Shown: positions 48,071 to 63,373 of the stretch, one piece after another
How positions within the stretch are numbered: the first letter of the stretch is position 1
Layout of the letters: every line of letters starts with the position of its first letter
Made by a program: the position numbers and the translations under genes
Source: Eledone cirrhosa
Taxonomy: Eukaryota
DNA: 64,000 nucleotides
Reading direction: 5' to 3'
Assembly (NCBI GenBank): GCA_964016885.1
Contig: OZ024744.1
Coordinates: forward strand, 125,860,001 to 125,924,000
Notes under the pieces: generated by a model
What the model saw: the letters and a program-made list of their open reading frames with translations, nothing else
The model's database searches: none
Told to the model about the DNA's origin: nothing

Positions 48071-51000
48071 GACGGACAGAGTATTCGGTTTATTTTCTTG
48101 ACATATTTCTTTACATATTGTCCAGGCATGCACTTTTTCCATGATTAGTTCTGTTGACGGCCCGCTTTCCAAAATACCTTATCCTGTGCAACGCCGGGTA
48201 CCACTGCTAGTATATATATGTGTATGTATATATATATATATATATTGGTAAACGGAATAGAAAATTGTGACAAATTGTTCACAGTGAAAAATAGTTTAAT
48301 TAGGAATAAGTGATAATTAGTAATAGTATTGGTTAGTATTAAGTTTTGGTTTTAAGTTTTACCGGTTGCGCATTTCTAATGCTTTTCAAAAATAATTTTG
48401 AGATAGAGCGTCCGTGATGTTTGCTCTGATCTGTATATATATATATATATATATAGACAAACAGTAGAAAGGAAAAAGATTTTTTCAGTAGAAATTGCTG
48501 AAGAGATTCTTTCAGTGTAATTTCAAAACATTAATTTATTTATAAAGTGGATATTTCCACATTTAATAATGGCACTGGGTTCAGCATTATATACATTGTC
48601 AATTGTGGATTCTACTTTTGGCACAAGGGCTGCAATTATCCAGTACATTACTGGTACTTTATTATTTATACAAATAATAATTGTTTCTACTTTTGGCACA
48701 AGGGCAGCAATTACCCAGTACATTACTGGTACTTTATTATTTATACAAATAATAATTGTTTCTACTTTAGGCACAAGGTCAGCAATTACCCAGTACATTA
48801 CTGGTACTTTATTATTTATACAAATAATAATTGTTTCTACTTTAGGCACAAGGTCAGCAATTACCCCAGTACTTTATTTTATCGACCCCGTAAGGATGAA
48901 AGAAAAGTTAACCTCAACGGGATTTGAACTCAGTCTGTAAAGGGAGGTAACTGCTGGATTAATTTGGTTAATTAAGTTAACAGAAATTATGAACCGGTTT
49001 CTACAGAGCCTTCTGGACATTTAACCCTTTAGCATTTAAACCAGCCATACCTAGCCAGAATACTCTCACATCTTTCTGTTCAAACCAGCCATAACTGGCC
49101 ACTCATACTGACGTTAAGGTATTGTTCTCAATATAAATAATATCAAAATCTCATAGATTCGATATTATATGAGATAATTATGTAAGATAAAGCCTTTACC
49201 ACAAAAATACAATAGTATATATAGAGTAATAAAAATGCTAAAGGGTAAAAGTAGCTTATTATTTTGTGAGCTCTTGCTACTTATTGCTCTTGTGCATCAA
49301 GAACATACACAGCTTACATTTTGTTGCTAATCTCACTGAGATCCAACTACATCTCTTGTTTATCCATAGTTTGGAATTTCTACCTACTCCTTTCCTTTAG
49401 AATGATCAAGGCCATTTTCTTGTGGGGATCTAGGCCCTGTTTTCCTTTCTATTTTGCCAAGTTATCTTACATCACTTTCATTCTAGACCATGCTTCCAGG
49501 TTTGGAATTTCTCCTCTAATTTTACCACAGATTAAGTGACAAGGGTTCAATCATGTGCATACAGGAGTTCCCATGGACAGCCAGTAATATGTAATAGCCT
49601 GCAGGATGATAATAAACAGAAGAGGGTTAATTACAGAGCCCTGATAGAGGGTTAATAACAGAGCCCTGATAGACTTGTTCACTCAACTCCTCACTATAGC
49701 CATCATTACTTTTAACCTTACTGACTGCTCCTCCATACATGGCTTTTACTGCTCTCACAAGCCACTCATATACCCCTAGTTTTCTAAGTTATACACCAGA
49801 TTAGGGAAGGGGGAAGTCTCACAGAAGCTCTCTCTGGGTCAACAAATGCCAAGTAGAGGGGCTTATTTTAGCTAGGTACTACTCTTGCAGTTGCCACACA
49901 AGGAAGAGGACATCAGTGGTACTTTTACCTGGCACAAATCCAAACTTCATCTCATCTAGGTTAACTTGGTCCCTAATCAGCTGTGTTATAAATCTAACAC
50001 CTTCATGAAGTGGTCCATCTAATATCTCTATAGTTTTCTAGCTCTAGTACATCTCCTTTGCCCTTGTAGCAGTTGATGATGATGATACTACACCATTTAT
50101 TTGGTATGACACCATTTTGTATTACATGCTGTACGATACCAGTGGTTAAGATGTGACCCACCATCCCAGATACTTTCAGTATCTCAGCAACTATCACCAA
50201 TGGACAAGATACTTTCTCTGTCTTCATATCCTTAATTACCTTACTTCATATCCTTAATTACCTTACTGCTTACTTGTATGGCTGGACCCTCTGTTGGGCC
50301 CACTTTCCGTAGACTATCTTCCTCCCATGCATTCTCCTCATTCAGTAATCTTTCATAAAGGCATTTCCATGTTACAAAGGTTGGCTGAAAAGTTCATAGA
50401 CTATCAATGATAGCATGATGCTAGAGCTGTGAAATCTTGCCTGCATTAATTTCAACTCTTCTTATTAATAACTGCATTGTTTCCTTCCAGGGACTATGTT
50501 GAAAAATAAACCTCATTTGGTCATTCCATGAGTGTATCTTGGTATGCCTATGAACTTTTCAGCTGACCCTATTCAGCATCAGTGAGCCCAAATGCCCCAT
50601 TATCATCCTGGACACACTTTACCCCAACATCACAATTTGCCCTCACACACTGCCTCACAATCCTGAACATCTCATGTATTTCATCCTCACATCATAAAAC
50701 CAACTGAAATTATATATTCTCTGCTTCCCTCCTTGCAAAGAATACTTCTTGCCTAGCTTCCTGTAGTGTACCCTCCAGCTGCCTCCATTCTGCCATTATT
50801 CCATGCCTGTCTCTTGGCCTTAACTGTCTCATCTACCCTAGTGTTTCACCACCAAGATACTCTCCTCTCTGAAGCCCTGCTCCAGCCACAGATCTAGTTT
50901 GACACCTTCAGCAAAGGTTCTTTAAGGAACTCCCACTGTTCCCCTATATTGTATGTTTCTATTTGTTCTTCCTTACTGTTGTAAAGATCAAACAAAATAT

Positions 51001-53449
51001 CTCTAAATTTGGAACTGGCTGAGGGGTCCTTTAACTTCCATATCCTTCTCCTCCAAGTTGCCCTCAGTCTTCAAGTTCATCTAAGTCTATGAAATCACTA
51101 ACTACTGGCTTATGTTGGGAGGTGCATTCTTCCCCAGGGGGTGGGGATTGTGTGTTTACAAATGTCAATATCTCATCTTCTGGTGAGGATAAAAATCTGA
51201 CTGGCATGCTCCTCTGACCAATAGGTGTTGAAGTGGTTGTCGGGTAAACGTTAAGACCCTCTGATATACATATATATATATATATACTAGCAGTGGTACC
51301 CGGCGTTGCACGGGATAACGTATTTCGGAACGCGGGCCGCCATCTTCCACTTCAGCCGGTCGCCCTAAAGTGTTGGCTATTCAGTCTACTTGAGGCCAGT
51401 TGGTGAGGGGGGGTAAAGCTTTCAGTGTGCTACTACCCTCACGGTCAAATAGAAAGGGAGAGGAAGAAAAGTCAGCGTTAATATCGTGCTACACGTTTGA
51501 AAGGTTGGATGACCTTAGAGTTCACCAGGGTGGGGGGTTCTAAAAGTATCTATCTTGGTATTTTATCTTAGAAGTAATCATTACAGAGTGTACTGGGTGT
51601 ATTTTAGTGGGCAGTAATTCCATAAAGAACACAGTATAATCTGTGGACACAAGCCTTGCAGTGTGATTACAGGCAGGTTAATGGGAAAGATAGATTATAT
51701 ATGTGACATGATGTACATGAGAAGTGAGGACACAGACCACACATGAAATAGATTCCTACAACTGTCAGGGAGGCTCCCTAGAATTACAGATGACATATTT
51801 CAATATCTCGGTGATCAAGTTAGCAGTGGAGGAAGAATCTCTAAAAGTGTAATACCCAGGATAAGGACAGGCTGGAAGAAGTTTAGAGTACTGTTCCATC
51901 TGTTGACAACAAAGGGCTTCTCTCTCAGAATGGAGGCTAGACTGCTTGATACTTATGTGTGGTCTGCAATCTACACCCCAGCCATGCCCCTTCCACTACC
52001 ACTCCTTAGCTATTTCTCTCCATTAATACTCCTCACATTTCAAGCAGTTTTCTCATCTCAATGAAAGAAAAATATTGGGCTCAAGAGAAGTCTTCAGTTA
52101 TGCCATGGTGTGGCAACCTCCCTAGGGTTGGGCAGAGTGTAAATGAGAGTGAAATTAGGTATGAGAGGGATCATATGCAGTATACAAGAGAGTAGATTAC
52201 ATTGGTATGGTCATGTGATGGGTATAAAGGATGACAGCTGTATAAAAATGTGCTGGGCAATCAAAGTTGATGGAAGTTATGAAGGCGGAAGACCCAGGAT
52301 GACCTGGGATGAGGTGATAAAAGATGACTTTGCACAATTGCAACTCTCAAAGACAATGACACAGGATAGAGATCTTGAGATGTATGCAGCAATACAGAAG
52401 GCCTGCTTTCCAATGTGCACGGACTCAAACATACATCTAGTAGGCCCCTCCTAACCACTATACTCCTTTCCAAACTCCCACACTCCCACTTCTGTACACA
52501 CCACCTTTAGACTGTAAAGTGGTAGTGTACAAGTCACAACAAAAGCACCCAGTCCACTCTGTAAAGTTGATGTGTTGGTGTCATAACAAAAGGCACTCAG
52601 TCCACTCTGTAAAGAGGTTGTGTAAGTGTCACAACAAAGACATCTAGTCCACACTGTAAAGTGGTCATGTAGGTGTCACAACAAAAAGTACCAGTCATTA
52701 TTGTAAAGTGGTTGTATAGGTGTCATAACAAAAAGCACCCAGTCGACACTGTAAAGTGGTTGTGTAGGTGTCAGAACCAAAAGCACCCAGTCCACACTGT
52801 AAAGTGGTTGTGTAGGTGTCATGACAAAAAGCACCTAGTCCACACTGTAAAGTGGTCATGCAGGTGTCATGACAAAAAGCACCCAGTCCTCACTGTAAAG
52901 TGGTCATGTAGGTGTCATGTCAAAAAGCACCCAGTCCACCCTGTAAAGTGGTTGTGTAGGTGTCATGATAAAAAGCACCCAGTCCACACAGTAAAGTGGT
53001 CATGTAGGTGTCACTAAAAAAGCACCCAGTCTACTCTGTAAAGTGGTCATGTAGGTGTCATGACAAATAGCACCCAGTCCACCCTGTAAAGTGTTCATGT
53101 AGGTGTCATGACGGAGAGTAACCAGTCCACAATGTAAAGTAGCCATGTAGCTGTCACAACAAAGCACCCAGTCCACACTGTAAAGTGGTCATGTAGGTGT
53201 CATTTCAAAAAGCACCCAGGTCCATGGCTTGGCCTGCTAACCGACGCTATACCCAAGTCGGTCGCCATGCTTTCCAGCATAGAGTTACGTCTCTTTATGG
53301 TCTGAGTTCAAATCACGCCGAGGTTAACTTTGCCTTTCATCCTTACGGGGTCGATAAAATAAAGCACCAGTAATGTACTGGGGTCGATTTAATCGACTTT
53401 CCCCTCCTCTGCCAAATGACACACACATGCATGGTTCGGGGGAACCTAC

Positions 53450-53489
<40 letters not shown>

Positions 53490-54367
53490 GTAGGTCACTG
53501 GTTGAGTCGGTATTAACCACAGTAACTAAGGTACTCAATACATATTAGATATAGGTGTCTTTCTAATTGCTGGCCTTGTTCATAAGGTATACACAAGTAT
53601 GATGTGTGTCTGTTTAACTGTACGTGTGAAAACATCGCGAAATTGCGCCTTTTAATATTTGAATATAAACAGTTAAAAAATAATTATTTTAGTAATTTTT
53701 AAATATCGATAATGTGTATATAAATATTAGAAATCAATTTAATTAGTTCAGTAACATTACTCGGAGTTAAGATAAACCTTCATTTGAAGAAATTCGAGAT
53801 TTGACCAAATAAATAGATTATGTGATCAATAAAAAAAATATGTATACGCGCTTGAACGACGGGTTGCAGACAGTCAGGCATACAGACACATATTTTAAAG
53901 CGTGCGACGTTAAAAGTCTTACTCTCTCTCTTTTTAGATAGATAGACTTAATTAAAGCAGTTTCACTCTCTCTATATTTCATCAGCTCCCTCTCTCTTAA
54001 ATTGAAAGATTCATTAAGGCTGAAATAATCTAAACAGTAACATCATATTCGCCAGCTCTAGCTTGCGTCCAGAGATATACACACACATATATATATATTT
54101 TTTTTGTTATCGAGTTGAGCTTTGCCAAGCATAGAATTCCAAATTTGACCATCTCCACTGAAAATGTTCGTGAAATAGTCTTTAAGAAGCAATTTAATTT
54201 TTTCCAACTGAAACTGTAAGTATTTTAAAATTTATTTCAACATGGTCTTAAAAGATTGTTGGCTTTTTTTAAATTCATAACTATTTACTATGAAATATAA
54301 ATTATTAAATCCAATTTATTTGATAACCATGATTTGATTTTATAATTACCTGAATCACGTTAACATG

Positions 54368-54410
<43 letters not shown>

Positions 54411-54663
54411 GTGTGTGTATATATATATATATATAATAATTGTTTCTACGTTACGCAGTGTATTACTGGTACTGTATTTTACGATATTAAATATTAAATA
54501 TTAACTATTAGATATTAAATATTAAATATTAGATATTAGATATTAAATATTAAATATGATATCCCTGAAATATATATAATGAAATAAATATGGTTTTATA
54601 AATGTAATTTCCATTTGTTTAATATCAAATATATATATATATATATATATGTATTTATGTATA

Positions 54664-54704
<41 letters not shown>

Positions 54705-54934
54705 GAGGCAGACACAGACACAGAATATCGTATATATCACACACACACAATTAAGACTTGACGTGTTGCAGACAGCCAGACATACAGAGAGATATTTTAA
54801 AGCGTGCGACCTTACATGCCTTACTCTTTCTCTTATCAAAAGAGAAAGAGTAATGCTAACACTTACGTCTACTTCACGCTCTCTTGAACCGTTACAGAAA
54901 TTGCATCACATCTAATTATAACTTTGTACGTTTG

Positions 54935-55113
<179 letters not shown>

Positions 55114-55175
55114 GTGTGTGTGTGTATATATATACACACACACGTGTATATATATATATATATATACACACACAC

Positions 55176-55206
<31 letters not shown>

Positions 55207-55257
55207 AATACACACACACGTGTGTGTGTATATATATATATATATACACACACACAC

Positions 55258-55303
<46 letters not shown>

Positions 55304-55618
55304 GTGTGTATATATATATATATACACACACACGTGTGTGTGTATATAATAATAATAATGAAATGATTGTGTACAGTGCTCAGGTGCACTACAACTCATC
55401 AAAGGTGCATGTATAGTACATAGAATAATGTACAAATGTCAGGAAAATAAACAGTGTATGAGTCATGATATAATAACAATAACAATAATGAAATATTGTG
55501 CACTGCCCAGGTGCACCACAACCCATCAAAAAAGTGCATGTACAGTACATAGGGCAATGCACAAACATCAGTAAAATGAACAGTGCACACATGTGTGCAT
55601 GTGTATGGAAGGGGCACA

Positions 55619-58384
55619 TCAGGTGTAGTTTTGGCGTATTTCGGGAAGCATGAGTGTCTTAAAGGATGCAGTGTCTCGGCAGCTAACAATTGACGCAGGC
55701 AGTTTGTTCCATGTTTCAGCAACTCTGAGCGTGAAAAAATGTCTGCGAAAGTCATGGGAGCTGTGCTGTTTTCTTATCTTGTAGGCATGTCCACGTGTGT
55801 TAGACACATGGAGATCAAAGAGGCGCTCAGGGTTGCAGTTGGCGAGATGGTTAAAAACTTTGTGGGTATTCACCAAGTCCACTGCCAGATGTCGGAGCTT
55901 CAATGAATCCATGCCCAGGGAAGCAAGGCGTTCAGAGTATGGTAGGTGTCTGATGGAGGGTATGCGCTTGGTTGCACGTCTCTGAACAGCTTCCAGGAGG
56001 TCAATGTTCCGAGCAAGATAGGGGTTCCAGACTGATGATGCGAATTCCAAGTGTGGTCGCACCATAGCTGTATACAGTTTTAAATAGATGGCTGGAGAGC
56101 GGCTAACAAAGGTCTTGCTGAGTGATGCCAAGACACCCTCGGCCTTCTTGACAATCTTAGAGACATGCTTTGTCCAACGCAAATCGTTGCCGACAGTAAT
56201 GCCCAGGTCACGTTCACAAGAGGACTTTTTGATGTCAGTGTTGTGGAGGGAGTATGTGGACGCTGGATTTTTCCTTCCAAAATGCATGGTGGTACACTTG
56301 TCCACAGCCAGCTTCAGTTGCCAGTCTGTGATCCATTGCTGCATTGTGTCCAGGTCTGATTTTAGGAAAGAGTTGTAAATTTCAGGATCAGTCCTTTTGA
56401 TTTCAAGGTACAGCTTGATGTCATCTGCATATTTTAGTACCGTGGCATTCTGTAAGTTGGCATCTATGTCATTAATATATGCCACAAACAAAAGAGGACC
56501 AAGAACAGATCCCTGTGGTACACCAGATGACATCTCATATGGTGAAGAATGCTGTCCTAGAACCGTGACTACTTTCCTTCGGCTGAGAATGAAGGATTTC
56601 AGCCAGTCGAAAAGATCATCCCTCACACCCATTGCAGAGAGTTTTGCCATAAGTCTTTTGTGTGGCACAGAATTAAAAGCCTTAGCAAAGTCAAGGTAAA
56701 CAACATCCACCCATGAGCCGCTGTCAGTGATCCGGGTGATGTCCTCAAGGAACTCGATAAGCTGATCACAGCAGCTGGAGTTAGGGATAAATCCAAACTG
56801 TGAGGGCCGGATGAGGCTGTGAGAGCTCCAGAAGTTCCAAAGTGTTTCTCTGACACAGGATTCCATCAGTTTGGCCATACAGCTAGTAAGACTGACTGGA
56901 CGATAGTTGACAGGTGACATGCGGTTGCCCTTTTTGAACAGGGGAATGACACTGGCAGTTTTCCACTGCTCCGGAGTAGCACCATTGCTGAGACAGTATT
57001 GAAAGAAAAAAGAAAGCTGGCGCAAAAGGAAATCCCCGCCACGTTTGAGAAGCAGGTATGTCACACCATCAAGACCAGGGGAGGCATAGTTGCGCTTATT
57101 CTTAAGGTGACGTCGCAACATTGCAGGTGTAAATTCCATAGTTGTTATGGAATTTGATGTTAGAGATGGTGGAGATGGTACATTCTGGTTTTCAACAGTA
57201 AAAATACTTGCATAGCACTCAGCAATGAGTTCTGCGCATTCCTTGGGATCGTCAGTGATCTGGCTTGTGTGGGGATTGCGAAGAGGACCAACTGGAGAGT
57301 GAGGTCTCTGCTTTGAATGAACATATTTCCAGAACACCTTACTGTCAGGATTGGTTGCGATGCACTGTTCAAATTCAAGCACTGCCTTCTTTGTCACTTG
57401 CTTGAGATGGTTAGAAGATTTATTCCGCTTTTTTCTGTTGGCATCTGATCTATGCAGTTTATATTCCCGTTCAGCGTTCCGACGTTCTTTCCTGGCAAGT
57501 CGGACTGCTGAAGTTTCCCAGATTGCACTTTTGGGGTGGTTATTTTTCCGCTTCCGTGGCACTGATGCTGCACACGCTATCCATATTGAGTCCAGGATGC
57601 TCTGGAGTATAGAGTTCACATCTCCAGAGTTATACATCTCATGCCAGTTTGGGCGCTGTAGCTCAGTGCAGTACAAGTTCCAATCCGCCCTCTTCCAATC
57701 AAAGCAAGCAGATTGGAGATGGCTCTGGTTTTTGTTGCTGCCCTCAAGTGCCAGATTGGCAATGATCATAGCATGATCAGAGTCGCCTAGAGGTTCCTCA
57801 GTAGTACAACTGATAACCACTTCAGGAGTAGTGGTGAAGATCAGGTCCAAAGTGTTGTCACCTCTTGTTGGAGAGGTGACTACTTGTGACCAGTTTGAGT
57901 CCAGCACTAGTTCAAGGAAATCGTTTGCACCCTGTGGCCAACGAAAGGTTTCCCAATCGATCTCAGGATGATTGAAGTCACCTGCAATAAACACATAAGT
58001 GGCTGTTTTCTTGGCAGCAACTCTGAGGATATCGCAAAGCTGTGTGTCCTGATGGTAGTTTGGGGGGCGATAAACAACACCAAGCAGAAGTGTTGACATG
58101 GTCATACGTATGTCACAGAAAAAAACTTCTTCCTGTGATTCGTTCAAATCAACGCAAGGAATTACCGAAAAGTTTGAACGAACGTAGACCATCACACCAC
58201 CACCACGGCGGTTAATGCGGTCCTTGCGGAAAAGGTTGTACCCAGTAATGGTGAAAACCCCATCACAGAGTAAGGAATGTGCCCATGTTTCCGTGACTGT
58301 GATGAAGTCAGGGTCGATGCTTCTGACGTAGGATTCGAACAGATGTATCTTGTTGCATAAACTGCGAGCATTTAAGGACAACAA
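55619..58384 (-). CDS. LINE ORF2 (EN+RT), second copy, 921 aa
   Basis: The translation appears identical to 21679-24444. The element spans ~55347-58594. Confidence 0.95.
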   Translation of the reverse strand: MLSLNARSLCNKIHLFESYVRSIDPDFITVTETWAHSLLCDGVFTITGYNLFRKDRINRRGGGVMVYVRSNFSVIPCVDLNESQEEVFFCDIRMTMSTLLLGVVYRPPNYHQDTQLCDILRVAAKKTATYVFIAGDFNHPEIDWETFRWPQGANDFLELVLDSNWSQVVTSPTRGDNTLDLIFTTTPEVVISCTTEEPLGDSDHAMIIANLALEGSNKNQSHLQSACFDWKRADWNLYCTELQRPNWHEMYNSGDVNSILQSILDSIWIACAASVPRKRKNNHPKSAIWETSAVRLARKERRNAEREYKLHRSDANRKKRNKSSNHLKQVTKKAVLEFEQCIATNPDSKVFWKYVHSKQRPHSPVGPLRNPHTSQITDDPKECAELIAECYASIFTVENQNVPSPPSLTSNSITTMEFTPAMLRRHLKNKRNYASPGLDGVTYLLLKRGGDFLLRQLSFFFQYCLSNGATPEQWKTASVIPLFKKGNRMSPVNYRPVSLTSCMAKLMESCVRETLWNFWSSHSLIRPSQFGFIPNSSCCDQLIEFLEDITRITDSGSWVDVVYLDFAKAFNSVPHKRLMAKLSAMGVRDDLFDWLKSFILSRRKVVTVLGQHSSPYEMSSGVPQGSVLGPLLFVAYINDIDANLQNATVLKYADDIKLYLEIKRTDPEIYNSFLKSDLDTMQQWITDWQLKLAVDKCTTMHFGRKNPASTYSLHNTDIKKSSCERDLGITVGNDLRWTKHVSKIVKKAEGVLASLSKTFVSRSPAIYLKLYTAMVRPHLEFASSVWNPYLARNIDLLEAVQRRATKRIPSIRHLPYSERLASLGMDSLKLRHLAVDLVNTHKVFNHLANCNPERLFDLHVSNTRGHAYKIRKQHSSHDFRRHFFTLRVAETWNKLPASIVSCRDTASFKTLMLPEIRQNYT

Positions 58385-58658
58385 TTTGTACCCTGCTCGC
58401 AGTCTATGATGGTGTGTAGAGGGTGGCAGGTTGTTCTGGTTTAGTTTCCCAGAGTTGTAGCAGTTTTTACATTGCCAGTTATTGTGGGTAGATCACACTC
58501 AGACCAGCTGGTATCTCTCTTCCACGTTTCACCCGCCTTGACAAACCTCCAGATCTGCCCATCATCACGCAGACTGAAACTTTCATCTTGTGCTGTATAT
58601 ATATATATATACACACGTGTGTGTGTATTTATGTATATATATATATATACACACACAC

Positions 58659-58700
<42 letters not shown>

Positions 58701-58815
58701 GTGTGTGTGTGTATATATATTTATATATATATACACACACGTGTGTGTATATATATATATATATATACACGTGTGTGTGTATTTATATATATATATATAT
58801 ACACACACACGTGTG

Positions 58816-58848
<33 letters not shown>

Positions 58849-59236
58849 GTGTGTGTATATATATATATCTGTCTCTCTCCCTGTCTCTCACTCTCCCTCT
58901 ATCCCCCCTCTCTCTCTCTGTCTCTCTCTCCCCCCCCCCTCTCTCTCTCTAGTAGTAGAGAGAGACAAAGAGAGAGAGATATAAACGTATAACCCTAACC
59001 AAACCCTAACCCAACCCTAACCCCAACCCTAACCCTAACCTAACCCTAACCCATCTCTCTCTCTCTCTCACCCCCTCTCTCTCTCTCTAGTAGTAGAGAG
59101 AGAGACAAAGAGAGAGAGAGATATAAACGTATAACCCTAACCCAACCCTAACCTCTCTCTCTCTTCTCTCTCTCTCTCTCCCCTCTCTCTCTCTATTCCC
59201 CCCTCTCTATTTCCCCCCCCCTCTCTCTCTAGTAGT

Positions 59237-59267
<31 letters not shown>

Positions 59268-61325
59268 TATAAACGTATAACCCTAACCCAACCCTAACCC
59301 TAACCCAACCCCAACCCTAACCCATCTCTCTCTCTCTCTCTCTCTCTCTCTTTGTTTTTAACATTGTTTTGTTTTTCTTTTCTTTTCTTATTCAGATGAC
59401 AAACGGCAGAGGATACAACAGAAGAAAAGAACAAAGATAATTATTATTATTATTACTATTATTATTTGTTTTATTATAATCAAAATATGCTGTTAGTTAG
59501 ATCTGCATTGCGTACATTTTATATAATTTATGCCAGTTCCTTTTCTGCATATCGAACATGGCCATTTCCCTGACGGAATAGAGTTTTGTCCTCTTTCGTG
59601 ACACAAAGTACAGCCAGCGGCATCATTGCGGACAGACTTAATCCCGAATTGCACTGACACACTGCCTCGCAATACGGAACACCGCACGTCTTTGATCTTC
59701 TTCCCGTCGATCAGCCTCCTTGCCATGCTAAGTACACCTGACGTCTAGCTTCTCTCTTAGCGGCGGCTTTATATTCTTCTCTACTCCCACTAATTTTCCA
59801 AGCATTCCATGCTAGCCTTTAGTCTCCAATGGCCCGATCTACCGTGCTGTCCCACCACCATGTCACTCTCTGTCTGGTTGGAACTCTGATCCAGCCACAA
59901 GTTTAATCAGTAGCCTGCAATAAGTTGTCACATAAGAAAATCGAGTTCTCATGTATGTCATACGACTGTGAATCGTCTTCTTTTTCGTCATACACATATT
60001 GAAGGGCTTTCCTAAATTTCTATTTTAGTGAAATCTCTTTTAGCTTCCAGACCTTTCTTTTTTCCACATCTTCCTGTATGTCTCAATCATACCTGGAGCT
60101 GTCCAACATGACCATTGAAATCCCCTGCTAGCATAACGATGTCTCCGTCCTGTCATTGTGGCTGTTTGTAAAAATTGCTTGTAAATGAAGTCTTTCTTTT
60201 CTTTACCTAGCAGAAGCAATTAACACTAACCCAACTGTAACACTAACCCTAACACTAACTTATGCAGGCCTAGGTAAAGACAAGAAAGATAAAACAAGGA
60301 GTGATGCTTCTTGAATTTTGTGATGCAAGTGTTTTAACCATTTGCAAAACCAACTTCCACAAACCTGCCTCACTGCCGCCTAATAACCTACAAATCAGGC
60401 AAGCACAGAAGCCGGATTTCTCGGTAGTTAGGCAGCGAGACAGACAGATGGGGTGTGAAGTACCAGGGTGTGCCCCGGGGAGGAATGTTTCCCACAGCGT
60501 GGGTTGGTTGTTGGTGATGTCTCGGTTATCTTGAGACGGAGTGAGACGTGCAGGAATACTCTCACGGAATCGCCAAATGAGGTTTATTTTTCAACATAGT
60601 CCCTGGAATGAAACAATGTGGTTATTAAGAAGAATTGAAATTAATGTAAGATTTCACAGATCTATGATCAATCCTTCACAGTCAGCTTACAAAGTTTTCA
60701 GCCAAACCTTGTGTATTTCCAACATTTCAAACCCTATCTAGGACTACATTATCTAATGTACAGTACAGTAGTTAGTATTAGTGGCTATCAGACATAGTGT
60801 ATCTAAATGCAACATTTTTAACATTGTTTTTTTTTTCTTTTCTTTTCTTTTCTTATTCAGATGACAGACGGCAGAGGATACAATAGAAGAAAAGAACAAT
60901 GATAATTATTATTATTATTATTGTTGTTATTCCTTGAATCTCAGTCATTGATGTTGGTTAACTGGAAAGTCCGTTGGAATGAATATCAAGCCACTACCTG
61001 CAGCCTCAGATATTCAGGACGTATCGGAGGGTTCTTGCTGTTCCAAGCAAGCATGCCTTTTGAAGCGTTCCAAAAAGCGTGAAGGGGCCGATTTTCTTTA
61101 ACCATCCCTGGAAACTTTTGGAGATGGACAAAAAACTGGAACACAATAGACCTGACCTGGTGGTTGTGGACAAAGAAAAAAGATCGTGTCTGATTGTGGA
61201 TGTGGCCTGCCCGTTCAACACGAGAGTGCAAGAGAAGGAGAGGGAGAAAATTAACCGATACCAGGACCTAAAGTGGGAGGTGAAAAGGATTTGGAACTTC
61301 CATGAAGTCAAAGTGATCCCGATTG

Positions 61326-61369
<44 letters not shown>

Positions 61370-62881
61370 TATTATTTGTTTTATTATAATCAAAATATGC
61401 TGTTAGTTAGATCTGCATTGTGTACATTTTATATAATTTATGCCAGTTCCTTTTCTACATATCGAACATGGCCATTTCCCTGACGGAATAGAGTTTTGTC
61501 CTCTTTTCTACTCATCAACACTCATTCGTGACACAAAGTACAGCCAGCGGCATCATTGCGGACAGACTTAATCCTGATTTGCACTGACACACTGCCTCGC
61601 AATACGGAACACCGCACGTCTTTGATCTTCTTCCCGTCGATCAGCCTCCTTGCCATGCAAAGTACACCTGACGTCTAGCTTCTCTCTTAGCGGCGGCGGC
61701 TGTATATTCTTCTCTACTCCCACTAATTTTCCAAGCATTCCATGCTAGTCTTTAGTCTCCAATGGCCCGATCTACAGTTTCTGTCTCAACTCGTCTATGC
61801 TTGGTCGTTCCCGCACATTGACATTGCACATCCAACGGAGCATGCTTGCTTCATTTCTCTCCAGCCGTCGCATGTCCTCTGCAGTTGCTGCCCGTGTCTC
61901 ACTACCATGCAGCATCGCGCATCTAAACCTGGCCCTTACCCTAACCCCAACCTCTTTGGTTTTCGTTTTCTCGACGGCTAGCCGCATTTCGTGATCCGCC
62001 TTTCGATTGCGCTTCCGTCGCGGCAAAAGAATTGCCTTTCCAGACCGCCGTCGCCCGACCGGACCCATGATAGAAGACGTTCGTTACCGTTGGAGCAACG
62101 CAAATTACTCCTCGGTTGACGCCAAAAACGAACGCCTTCCCGCCTCGCGCCGCCTTCTCCTCGCCGACCCTCGGCCTCGACGATTAGCCACTTTCCGTCA
62201 CAGCAGTAGATACGCGTCCGTCGTAATAGCCGTCATTTTAACGCAGGAGAAACGCCTAATTGCCCTGCACCGCGTTTGACGGCGATCTACGACGGCGACG
62301 ATGCGCGCACTCTTCCTTGCTGCGACGAAGGTTTCGGCTTTTCGTCGTGGACCCGGTCAGGTCATGCCGCTGACCTCGCGTTACGGCGACGCGAGAAGAC
62401 GTTCGTTACCGCTGGAGCAACGCAAATTACTCCTCGGTTGACGCCAAAAACGAACGCCTCGCGCCGCCGCTTCCTCCTCGGCCTCGACGATTAGCCGCTT
62501 TCCGTCACAGCAGTAGATACGCGTCCATCGTAATAGCCGTCATTTTAACGCAGGAGAAACGCCTTGACGACGATATACGACGGGTCGACGACGCGCGCAC
62601 TCTTTCTGCTGCGACGAAGGTTTTGGCTTTTCGTTGTGGACCCGGTCGGGTCATGCCTCTGACCTCGCGTTGCGTCGCCACCGCCGCGGCGGGCTTGGGT
62701 TTAGCCGTAGCTACCCTCGTTTTGCCAACGGCGACGCGAGAAGACGTTCGTTACCGCTGGAGCAACGCAAATTACTCCTCGGATGAGGCCAAAAACGAAC
62801 GCTGAAGAGATATTGTCCATGGATATCGGGAATTTTACCCGCCCTAGATAGATAGATAGATAGGGATGTATGTATGTATGT

Positions 62882-62923
<42 letters not shown>

Positions 62924-63324
62924 GTATGTATCTTTCTCATTCTCTCTGTATGTATGTATGTATGTATATATATATAATTATATATTTATAGACATCCTGA
63001 AAGCTTTTTAAATGTCTGAGAGATTGGCTAAATATGTTTTGCAGGTATGACCAGTAAGAGAGAGGTAAGTTATTTCAAAACAATTCTTTGACCATTATTT
63101 TAAGGTACTATCTCAGTGTATTTTTAAATTGACCTCTTGATAGGATGAAATGACCTGTATAATTTTTTTCATATTTAGATGGAATAGAAGAAAAACAAGA
63201 AAAATGAAATGAATTCAAACAGAAAATATACACCAATGCCAATGGAGGTATGATTTCAGTTTAATCTTAACCTAATGACCACTTTACAGAGTGTACTGGA
63301 TATCTCTCTCTCTCTCTATCTCTC

Positions 63325-63373
<49 letters not shown>

